A stretch of 64,000 nt of DNA, from contig NC_043006.1 of the NCBI RefSeq assembly GCF_006345805.1, forward strand, positions 27,032,001 to 27,096,000. The letters are read 5' to 3'. Made by a program: the position numbers and the translations under genes. This document shows positions 1 through 10,200 of the stretch, piece by piece (position 1 is the stretch's first letter; every line of letters begins with the position of its first letter). The DNA is from Octopus sinensis. Its lineage: Eukaryota. Below the pieces are notes generated by a model, which worked only from the letters and a program-made list of their open reading frames with translations, was not told the origin of the DNA and did no database searches.

Positions 1-159
1 TGGGTCAGTTGTGGTTTTTAGCGCAAGAGGATATATTCTCTATGTGCCTGGTGTAACATATAAGACACCTGAAATTAAGTCACAGTGAAGTGAAACAACT
101 CACACCAGGTCCTTTCTTGGAGTGACAGACATCAATGCTAAACCATTTAGTATGTTTTC

Positions 160-345
160 ATAGTCAGCATAAAGACAAAAAACACCTGTGCTGGTGCTGC
201 ATTTAAAGCACCCAGTACACTCTGTAAAGTGGTTGGTGTTAGGAAGGGCATCCAGCCATAGAGACCATGCCAAAACAGACATGGAGCCTGGGCAACTCTT
301 CAGCTGGCCAGCTCCTGATAAACTGTTCGACATGTGTTGTAAAAT
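160..345 (+). mobile_element. RTE LINE 3' tail copy
   Basis: aaagcacccagtacactc...gtggttggtgttaggaagggcatccagcc. Confidence 0.75.
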
Positions 346-425
346 GGGTTCCTCCCACTGGTGTGATGTGCTATGTGTACTGTAGTTGCTGTTTTACGCT
401 AGTAGCCAAAATAGTTACTAGCCCA

Positions 426-562
426 TTATTTACATTTGACAGATATTTGTACTCATTTTGTTTGTTGTTAATACGTTTTGGCTGATATACCCTCGAGCCT
501 TCATCAGGTGTCTTGGGGAAATTTCAAACCTGGGTTCTCATTCCTAAGGTATTTTTTGATGA

Positions 563-601
<39 letters not shown>

Positions 602-612
602 TATTATTATGT
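426..612 (-). mobile_element. Inverted tail-only copy of the hammerhead-bearing element
   Basis: Reverse complement of the 900-1010 tail, with tcatcag at 501-507 and (TTA)n at ~560-610; GAAA has decayed to AAAA. Confidence 0.7.
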
Positions 613-799
613 GCTGCTTCTTTTAGTTTTTTGTATTTTCCAGTGGTGTTCTCTGTCTATCATTTTAACTTCATCCCACAGGGGCACATATGCTAGGACA
701 CAACAATTTCCCAAGCAGACCAAGTACAAATATGAATAGCATATGGGAACCGGTATTGAGGAAGGATAGGAAAATATTAGATTTATAAGCCCTAAAATT

Positions 800-1041
800 C
801 ACTCCATAATTGCCCACAGGCATATGGCATAGTGGTTAAGAGTGTGGGCTAACCCCGAGTTCGATTCCAGGAAGTGACCTGAATGATAATAATAATAATT
901 AACAATAACAAAAACATCAAAAAATACCTTAGGAACCCAGGTTCGAAAATTTCCCCAAGACACCTGATGAAGGCTGGAGGGTATATCAGCCGAAACGTGT
1001 AAATAATGTACATAATTCCTCATCTCTTAAATATAGAACTG
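800..1041 (+). mobile_element. SINE-like element: tRNA-like head + (AAT)n linker + hammerhead-like tail
   Basis: Box A TGGCATAGTGG (825-835), box B GTTCGATTC (859-867); CTGATGA (964-970), GGCTG/CAGCC stem, GAAAC (992-996). The cleavage-site/stem I segment is deleted in this copy. Confidence 0.7.
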
Positions 1042-1082
1042 TAGTTACTAGTCATCGGATACCATTGTATCTCTTCATACTG
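1041..1082 (-). ncRNA. Degenerate hammerhead motif (probably inactive)
   Basis: Minus strand: CAGU-AUGAAGA-GAUAC(AAUG)GUAUC-CGAUG-ACUAGU-A-ACU. Stem II and a palindromic stem III are kept; both core boxes are mutated. Confidence 0.45.
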
Positions 1083-1304
1083 GAATTGTAATACACTAAC
1101 TTCTGTCTTATTATCGCTGATAGACACCGACTACAAATGTTGACTCTCGACTCTTTGGCTCTGGACCCTTCTTTGACGACTGGCTACTGGTCTATTTATA
1201 ATGGCTGGTGCCTACCACTTTTTACTGAGTTGGGTATATAGTTTCACTATACAACACCATACTAGCATATAAAATGGATGTAAAATGATGATGATGATGA
1301 TGAT

Positions 1305-1480
1305 ATGTCTTGTTTCAGACATTCAACTGTGGACATGCTGGAGTATGATCTTCAAGAGTATCAATCAATCCCAGTACTTCTTTCAAGTTTAGTACTTATT
1401 CTGTCAGTTACTATTGCCAAACTGTTAAGTTACGGGAACATAAACAAATCAAAACCAGTTATCAAATGGTGGTGGAGGAC
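1305..1480 (-). mobile_element. SINE family 1, 3' half
   Basis: Reverse-complement match to the tail of the 1493-1871 copy. Confidence 0.75.
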
Positions 1481-1492
1481 AAAAAAGTATAA

Positions 1493-1871
1493 GAGTGGCT
1501 GTGTGGTAAGTAGCTTGTTTACCAACCACATGGTTCCAGGTTCAGTCCTGCTGCGTGGCACCTTGGGCAAGTGTCTTCTACTATAGCCTCAGGCTGACCA
1601 AAGCCTTGTGAGTGGATTTGGTAGACAGAAACTGAAAGAAGCCTGTTTTATATATATGTGTATGTGTGTCTGTGTTTGTCCCCACCACCATCACTTGACA
1701 ATCGAGGTTGGTGTGTTCACATCCCCATAACTTAGTGATTTGGCAAAAGAGACCAATAGAATAAGTACTAGGCTTACAAAGAACAAGTCCTGGGGTTTAT
1801 TTGCTCAACTACTGGTGGTGCTCCAGCATGGCCGCAGTCAAATGGCTGGAACAAGTAAAAGAATAAAAGAA
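1493..1871 (+). mobile_element. tRNA-derived SINE family 1, full length
   Basis: Head GAGTGGCTGTGTGGTAAG...GGTTCAGTCC, central GGCACCTTGGGCAAGTG...GTGGATTTGGTAGACAGAAACTGAAAGAAGCC, TA/TG microsatellite, tail CCAGCATGGCCGCAGTCAAATG...GTAAAAGAATAAAAGAAT. Confidence 0.9.
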
Positions 1872-2042
1872 TATATATACGATGGGCTTCTTTTCAGTTT
1901 CTGTCTTTCAAATCCACTCATAAGGCTTTGGTTGGCCTGGGGGTGTAGTAGAAGACATTGCTCAATGTGTCACACAGTGGGACTAGACCTGGAACAATGT
2001 GCTTGAGAAGCAAACTTCTAACTAAGCAGCCACACCTGTGCC
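1872..2042 (-). mobile_element. SINE family 1, 5' half, abutting the plus copy
   Basis: gatgggcttc...aaatccactcataaggc...gcagccacacc is the reverse complement of the head and central domain. Confidence 0.8.
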
Positions 2043-2519
2043 TACATATATATATATATAGATATATATATAAAGAGAGAGAGAAAGAGAGGGTGGGTAG
2101 GGAGAAGAAGTGTATTCCCACACAGGAAAGAATATAGGAGAATTTGTTTTGAGGTTTCAAAATGCACCTAAATTTCAAAACATGTCACTATAAAATTTTG
2201 TAATAGACTTATTCAAATGTCAAACTGGTTATGACAATTTTTTGTTTATCAATGTTAAAAATAAAAATAGTAAATAAGAAAAAGGTTTGGGAGAGTTGAA
2301 AATTACATGTTTAGCAGGTTTCACAGAGATAGACAGTAATATGAGATCAAATGTTCAATGAAGTTCATAACAGTCATACATGATTGAAAGTTCAGAAACA
2401 TTGAATTATATTAACAATTAGATACAAAGTTTTTAAAAAGAGTAAGAGAAATTAATGGAGAGGAAGAAAAACGTTTTTACACTTTCTGTTATAGTGCATG
2501 AATGGTTTTGCTGGTAACA

Positions 2520-3950
2520 GTTTAAAATGTTTCGTTTTTGGATTTGGTTTGCAAGATTCTTTATGTGAGTTCATGTGTTGAAGCATATTCTGTTGTGTCT
2601 GGAGAGAGTCATTTTCTTTTCGTGGTCACTTATGTGTGGGTTGAACATTTTGATTCCTTGTTCTTGATCAGTAGAAGTCCAATGCTCTGGCTGGGTGATT
2701 TTCTGCTTAAGTCAAAGAACTTGGTAACTTGCCTTTTCCTGATAGTCATCTAGCGTTATTTAATTCCCTTAAAAGGCCACTAGTTTGGTTAACTCAGTGT
2801 TTATTTGTCTTAAGGTTCCAGGATTTGACCAGAGAACAATCTCATTGGCTCAGTCTGGGGTGACATGGGCAACTGATGTTTGAGAAGGTATGTTGTTGTA
2901 CAGTAGTTTGAATTTAGGGTTTTGAATCCCCGAGGAAGCCTGTTACTTAAACTTTTGATTTATATATGTTGTCCCTGGCTGTCTTCCATGAATAAATTCT
3001 TGTTTTATATCCTATATTCAGTTGTGATTTATATTTTTTGATAAACATATTTTCCTTATTTAATTGGACTTGGGCTGAAGCGTTTCCAGTGCATTGATAA
3101 AGAGGGACATTCATCTAGGTGTTTACTTATAGGAATTTTCCTCATTGTGGGGTCCCAAACCTGTTGCCTGTGTACAGTCATTCTGTCCCTCAAGGTCAAG
3201 CTCATTTGACCTATGTAGTCACCACTACACCTGCCACATTTGAAGACATAAATTAAGTTCCTTGGTGCACTGATAAAATGACTTTTTTCTGGTTATACAA
3301 AATAATTTTTTTAACTTCAACAACAGCACCTACAGACAGCCCAGTGCAGTTTGTGGTGACTCTGTCTGACAAGCCCCATTTATACAAACAACCACTCATT
3401 AGCTTTGCTGATGAAACTAATGAATTTCAGGTAATAAAGAACCCCCCACTACTACTGCAAACCTACAGCAAAACCTTAATGCAATCTATAAGTGGGTCGA
3501 AGAAATAATTTAGCACTACAAATTTCCAAGATCTTTGCTATCAGTTCACAACCATCATACTCAGGATATGGAAGAATTCTAAATTTCAGTCAGTTACTGA
3601 AAAAGCAGTAACCTATGTTGCTTTCATGAAGAACATTTGTTCTTAGCCACTCAGCTTGTTTAGGAAAGCAATGAGCTGCTCAGAAGCAGTCTTTACAATT
3701 TGGATGATAGATATTTAGGGCTGGTAATGTAGAGTGAAAACTATCCAGTTTGTAGAGGTGGGTGACTTACTACAAACTTTGTAGTCTGTTTTCTGTCTTA
3801 ACTACTTTGCTAAAGTAGTGATCAGATGACCTGCTTGGTGTAGAGATGATGATGGCAGAGGCTGGGTTAGGAAGTGAGAAAGAGATCAGTGGTATTTAGA
3901 GTGTCAATATGTCTGAAATTCCATACAATGTACCCAGTGCAAACTATGGA
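2520..3950 (-). mobile_element. Penelope-like retroelement remnant with GIY-YIG endonuclease (~3005-3275)
   Basis: Minus-strand frame reads NLIYVFKCGRCSGDYIGQMSLTLRDRMTVHRQQVWDPTMRKIPISKHLDEC, then after a frameshift KENMFIKKYKSQLN: the IY..C..C..YIG...R...H signature of PLE GIY-YIG domains. Outer limits are approximate. Confidence 0.8.
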
Positions 3951-4019
3951 CATATACAGGGTGCAGTAAAATCACAAGATTAACAGAGAGAGAGAGAGAG
4001 AGAGTAGTCGTTGTGGAAA

Positions 4020-4570
4020 ATGCACAACGAGAAATACATTTTCTTAAATAATCAAAAGAGCCCTTAGAGGTAATTTCTGTAATCTAATAAGCAGTATAAA
4101 AGAACATTTTGAAAGTATAGTTCTTAGAATAACAACTAGATGGAAAAGGTTCAGACACCTATTACCTCTGTTGATCACAAAAAGTCTCTCCTTCAGAGTG
4201 AAAATTAGATTGTGTGAAGCTTCCATATGAATAGCAATAGTACATGAAAGTGAAATGTAGGCTGTAATGCAGAGAACATGTGAAAACTAGAAATAAATGA
4301 AAATAGCTTGCACGGCTGATGTGCAACATCAGTGAACATGTACAATGAAGTGCAAACATAAGAGAAAAAGTTGAGCATAAAATTTATCAGATGTAGTGTG
4401 CAAGTGAGAAATGTACTGTTGTGGTCATGCGATGTGGACAGCTGTATAAAGACATGCCAATCACTGAAAGTGGATAGGTCCTGTGAAAGAGAGAAACCTA
4501 GGAAGACAAAAGCTGAGGTAGTAAAGATTAACTTCAGGATGCTGGGCCTTATGGAAGAGATGATAAACCA
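4020..4570 (+). mobile_element. RTE LINE RT C-terminal fragment
   Basis: Decayed WKRFRHLLPLL..SLSFRVK and PRKTKAEVVK motifs. Confidence 0.7.
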
Positions 4571-6267
4571 GATGATTGGCAATTTGCTGTACTTGAAAAA
4601 AACCAATGCATCTCAACAAAAAATGGTCCTAAAAGCATATTGTTTATGCCTATCTGTCTCTTTCATGCCTTCCCCACAATTCACCTTCCTAACATCCATC
4701 TAACTAGAGCCCTATTTACTCAAGTACTGTAATTATATGAGAGTAGAATTGCACATATTCCATATCTACTTTTGTGATACCTGTTATCCCTCTTCTTAAA
4801 ACCACTTCCATTTGTTAACCATTCAAACATTTTCAATCTCTGCCTTAACTACTTTATTTTCCATTGAATGTCCCTTTACCATGTACATCCTTTAATGTCG
4901 CCATCAATCATCCCCAATACCTTTATCATTCCCTTTTTCCACCTCTGCACTGTATCTATGCACCCCTCTCACCCTCACTATTTTTCATTTATCTAGTTTT
5001 ATCTCCTTCTTCACCCACTATTTCCTTCACCTTCCTGCTGGCAAAAAACTGATATTCACTACTGAATATCACCACCGCCTTTATTTTCCATTCATCTTTA
5101 AACATGTTACTCTTTCACTCTCACAAACCTATCCATCCAAGATCCTCTGTCCCTATTCTCTCTTTATCCACCTTTTTGTGCCTTGAAGTTATACCCTGAT
5201 ACCTCACCTTCACCAAATTCAAGCAAGGAAGCATCATATTGATATCATATAAAATGATGATCTAGGAACAGATTATTAATCACAGGCCATCTCACTTTTT
5301 CAGTGTTGACAAGCATTAACCCTCATATTTTATTCTTTGTACTAATTGAAATTAGTACAAACATAAAAATAGTTCATTAAAAGACACCAGCCAATTATAC
5401 AGAAATAATAGTATTTAACAATTTTTCTGAATATATTTGGTAACACCTGAATACTGCATATAGTGAAATTAGTTGTACATGTTTATCTTACAGCATTTAT
5501 TCCTATTTTACTCCTTATGAAACTATGACTTACATAAGTCAAGCATTCCCAGTTTGGTGGTGGATCCATCTGGGACAAATAAATGCAGTTGATGTTGACA
5601 TTACATTACAGGAAAAACTCTAAGTTACAGCGCAATCAAACAGCAGAAGCAAGATTCAAGCACATTATTAGAATATTTTGTTTGTAACAATTCCTTTGTA
5701 AAAAAAAGTATGCATTATTAAAATTGATTTTTGACAGTCTTTGTAAACTGAGATAGATTAGGTTTAGGAAGTAGTTAAGAATGGAAAAATATTGAGAACC
5801 ACTGTTCTAGAATATAAATCATATCTTCCCAAATTAAACACAACAACAAAAGCTAAACTAAATCTATTTTAACAAGGAAGGAACAGAGATGAAACTCTAG
5901 TATTGAAAGAGGAACCTTCTTTATAATGCCAATCCACATTTCAAGTGAATGCAAAGGCAGCCCAAAAACCTATGGAAAAAAATACACAATAAGACAACCA
6001 GATTTTCTCTCTGGTTGTGTGCAAGCTGGTAAAGGAATGTGAACAAGTGACTTATCCAACCCATGCCAGCCAAGATCCACCACCCTCCAAAAAAAAAAAA
6101 AAAAAAAAAAACTCAGATATTAAAGAAAATTCTTTTTCTCTTTTTTGAAAATCAATACATCTTATCTGAGTAGGCTGTGTTTTTAAGATTATTTTGCAAC
6201 TGGTCCCATTGTGTAAATGCTTTTTAACATAGATTGAGCTGATCAAAACTTTGCAAGTGGAAATATA

Positions 6268-6480
6268 TCATCATCATTTTATATCTACCTTTCATGCTGA
6301 AAAGGGTTAGGCAGCTCAGCTGGATTCCAAGTCAGAACTGCATCATGCTCCAATGACTCAGATTTGACATGGTTCCTGCAGTTGGATGTCCTTTCTAATA
6401 TCAACCATTTAGCAAAAAATACTAGATGCCTTTTAGTGGTGCCAGCACTAGTGAGGTTGCCTTGTACTGGCAAGACTAAA
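6268..6480 (-). mobile_element. RTE LINE 3' tail copy
   Basis: (ATC)n then ctttcatgctg...gttggatgtcctttctaat...cactagtgagg. Confidence 0.7.
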
Positions 6481-6987
6481 GAATCACAGCTGAAAGGAGA
6501 ATAGGAGAGATGATGAAAATAACAGAGGAGCCACTGCTGAGAGACAGAAGAATGGAAGGGGCAGGGAAAGGGTAGCATCAAGGGTTAATGAGAAAGAGTA
6601 GAAAGAGGAATGGGAGGAATCCAGTACTATAAAGATGAATAAGAGTGGATGGGGTATGAGAAAGTGATAAAGAAAAGTTTCATGGGGGAAGAGGATAACG
6701 AAACAGGAAGTGAAAGCTGTAAAAGAAGTTAAAGGGGACCAAAGAAGAGGCAGGAGGAGCACCTCAACTACTCCTCTTGTTAGCATACTCTATGCTATGC
6801 AGCATGTTGTTAATTGTTGTCATCACTTGTAATTTCTGTATCTTTTTGCCATATCATCCTATATCTTCCTCTTCCATAGGTACTATCCACTAAAGCAGCT
6901 GACAATATCTAACCTCTGATGCCCCCCTCCCCACCTCATCTAAGTAACACTATAGATAATTCATGGAAGAGGTAATAAGTTCCAAAT

Positions 6988-7235
6988 CATCATCATCATT
7001 TAACGTCCGTTCTCCATGCTAGCATGGGTTGGACGGTTCGACCGGGGATCTGGGAAGCCAGGAGGCTGCACCAGGCCCAGTCTGATCTAGCAATGTTTCT
7101 ACGGCTGGATGCCCTTCCTAACGCCAACCACTCCGTGAGTGTAGTGGGTGCTTTTTATGTGCCAGACAGGGCTGGCAAACGGCCACGGTCAGATGGTGCT
7201 TTTTACATGCCACCGGCATGGGGGCCAGGTGAGGC
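6988..7235 (-). mobile_element. RTE LINE 3' tail copy (young)
   Basis: atcatcatcatcattttaacgtccgttctccatgctagcatgggttggacgg...ctggatgcccttcctaacgccaacc. Confidence 0.9.
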
Positions 7236-7741
7236 TAAGAAATAAAAGGGACTCTAACCTCTTTAGTGACTGTGGAATAGTAAAATGTATCCAGCCTGTC
7301 TTAAGACATAAGTTTTGATCTGTCTTTTGTGTCAAGTGATGAAAGACTAAGAGTAATACTAACAAATATGTAGGCAAGTAAGTGCACACAGAATAGATAA
7401 AAAACTTCACACATCTTATGCCAAAAAGAAAGTTAAAATAATATTCAAAGAAACCTGTAATCAGTTTGGTATTAGAATTATATTTCAATCACTATAAGTT
7501 ATTTTATCCTGATCAAAATTATAGCAATAATCAAGCCAATAATCAATATTCATAAAATAGCCTTTAAATCATGTAATTTCTTTAAAAGAAAAAGCGTAAA
7601 AACATTGGGGCAACAGTAGATTTCAGTTTGTTCACTTTAAGTACAACTATTGTAAAGATAAAAATGATTTGTTTGTTAAATCTATTTTCCTATTCAAATG
7701 CGGCATATATAAATCTCCAAATTGGAACATTTATTAATTTA

Positions 7742-8078
7742 TTTGTTTCAGTCATTTGACTGTGGTCATGCTGAAGCACCACCTTGAACAGTTGTAGTTG
7801 AACAAATCAACCCCAAGACTTATTTCTTGAGCCCAGTACTTATTTTATCAGTCTCTTTAGCTGAACTGCTAAGTTATGGAGACGTAAACACACCAACACT
7901 GGTTGTCAAGTGGTGATGAGGGGATAAACACATATACATATATACAATGGGCTTCTTTCAGTTTCTATCTACCAATTCCACTTGCAAGGCTTTGGTTGGC
8001 CTGAGGCTATAGTAGAAGACACTTGCCCAAAGTATCATGTGGTTTGGAAGCAAGCTTTTTACCACACAGCCACACCTG
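7742..8078 (-). mobile_element. SINE family 1
   Basis: gtttcagtcatttgactgtgg...ttaccacacagccacacc. Confidence 0.9.
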
Positions 8079-8952
8079 CACCTCTTTACCAAAAGAGCTT
8101 TCAGTCAGATGTCCTTCCCAGAAATGTTAGTGGTTAGAGGAAATGCTTTGAGAAAGTTCCAACAACAATTTGTCAATTACAAAACTAAAATGAATTTGGT
8201 TAATAGAATAGATTTTTATACTATAACATTAATGAGTTTTAAAGAATACAATTTAAATAATCATGGCTTATTGTGTTCAAGGTTTAAAAAAATACTAATT
8301 ACTGAAAAGACTTTTGTAGATTTTAATGGGCTAGAATCCACTTTCCGAAACTAATAAAGATTTTATTTCTGATGAAATTATATGAGATATCAAATGTATG
8401 GAATCAAAACAAAATACAAGACTGTCAGAAAAGAATAAAAATTTTATTACCATTTATTTCAACAGAGTGTATTTGTAAGAATATGTTTGCTGATATTTAT
8501 TTCAAGTATTTTCTGAAATTACAACAATTGGTTTCGATTTCCATCATCTTTATACCTGTCCACTACAAACTATTGAACAATCTACAATTCAAGGGAAGAC
8601 ATCTGATTTTTATCTAATATAAATGAATACCAAATTAACAAACATAAACAGTTGTGCAGTTTATTATCAAACCAAGATTTCATTACATGAGGATCAGTAT
8701 CAACTCAAAATATTTTTTTGTTAGTCACAAATGGCTGCATGAAAATAAAAAGTGTTGTATGAAGAAAATTAATTTAATGAATGAAAAAAATGTAATGTTA
8801 CAATCTCACTTTTGACTAAATGCAGTTTTTTTTCCTCTTAACTAATAAACAATGTAAAATGAGAAACTAAATAATAAGAGTAACTGAGATCATTACTCAG
8901 ATGTAATTAGATAAGATAGAAGAATATAGATTAAGTTAATATTTCTCAAAAA

Positions 8953-8958
8953 TTTATT
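8953..8958 (-). terminator. Candidate polyadenylation signal (AATAAA) for HPRT
   Basis: First AATAAA on the minus strand after the stop (~140 nt downstream). More occur near 8360-8460, so the site actually used is unknown in this AT-rich region. Confidence 0.35.
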
Positions 8959-9095
8959 GAAAAAAAAAATAAATAAAATCAGGAAAGTAATTGGAAAAAT
9001 AAGATTTTAATATATTTTGTCACTAGGTGTTAAATGTCTTTTGACAAAAAAAAAGTCAGATTCATTTCACATCTGAGATAGGCTGTCTCAGATTT

Positions 9096-9149
9096 TTAGG
9101 ATGCCACAGCATATTTTTTCTTTCCATTTTCATTAATCACACAAATATG
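9096..9149 (-). CDS. HPRT1: HPRT coding exon 8, terminal (HICVINENGKKKYAVAS*)
   Basis: tatttatag acceptor; TAA at 9098-9096; matches human HVCVISETGKAKYKA. The eight exons sum to 699 nt = 232 aa + stop with consistent phases. Confidence 0.96.
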   Translation of the reverse strand, partial: HICVINENGKKKYAVAS

Positions 9150-9779
9150 CTATAAATATAAAATATAATATATATGAATGTTTAATTCAGCATATTTTTA
9201 ATATAATATTCAAAACAATATAAAGTAAAAACATCTTTTATTGTTAATAAAAGTATCAGATTTTAGTGGTACAATGAAATATGATATTCAACAAAAGAAC
9301 ATGCAGTATAAGCTAAGAATTTAACAGAATAATTGTAATTACAATGAATAAATAAATTCAACCAATTTTGAAAAGTTTTTTTTTTTTATTTCATTTTCAT
9401 CTGCTGAAGGACAGAATAGAAATATTTGCAGCACACATTTATTAAACACAAAAGGTTCTAATTAGAAAACTAATTTAAAATTTTAACATTGACTTAGAAG
9501 TTCACAGAACTTCTCTAAAAGAACTCCTTGACACACAGTTTAAAAAATTTCATCTGTAAACTAATTGCGCATGCTCTAAGGTTGTTGGCTAAAAAATGAT
9601 ATTATACTGATTGACTACACCAAGAAATACTGTGAACAAAACTTAGAAGTAAAAGCTTGCCTGTTTGGCAAACACTTGTATGTGCTACACAACCGCAGCT
9701 TAGAGGCTATTCTTGATATTTCTTCTGATGAAACACATACTTAGCATAGCTAAGAACAAGTGACAAGCTTTTCTTTTTA

Positions 9780-10200
9780 GGTTCAGAAAATATTTCATCC
9801 TCCAACAGCTAACACCCTAGATCACATCCAGAGAAGGGCCACCCAACTGGGTACATAGGTGTGTACCAGAGGCTTAAGTGTGTCCTTTTGTAATGGAGTA
9901 CCAATCAGTTCAGTGGCCCTACAAAAATCCACTTGCCTCTCCACCTATTTTCACTCTTGGTGCATCCAACTCCCCTTTCCTTACACTAACTGTTGTCTTG
10001 CAGATGTTGACCTGCAATAGCTCAAATGGAATATTAATGGCATCAATCTCACCTCTCTTGGAGGGCCTGCCTAAGTCGCAGGTTCTGCTCCTTCTTCCAC
10101 ACTCAGCAAGTGATGAGAAAGAATACCAAAATTCAATTTGATGCCCCCACCAAAAAATGGAATTGGAGATCTGGACTCACTTAAAATTGATCTACCCAGA
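9780..10200 (+). mobile_element. Old CR1/L2-like LINE remnant
   Basis: Shares atccag.aaagggccaccca and cttgcagatgttgac.tgcaa with 34730-35400; resembles decayed IQRRAT motif. Confidence 0.45.

Noticed and set aside
229-262. Twister ribozyme ahead of the GGAAGGGCATCC motif
   Set aside because: I recall this motif following twister ribozymes in some RTE elements, but no twister core (GGTCCCAAGCCC-like) precedes it in any copy here.
820-870. Functional tRNA gene
   Set aside because: Boxes A and B are present, but the acceptor stem does not close and the anticodon/variable region is truncated; it is a SINE head.
5537-5805. Second hAT MITE ending GAGAACCACTG
   Set aside because: The right end resembles 48096-48265, but no matching left TIR or TSD was found.
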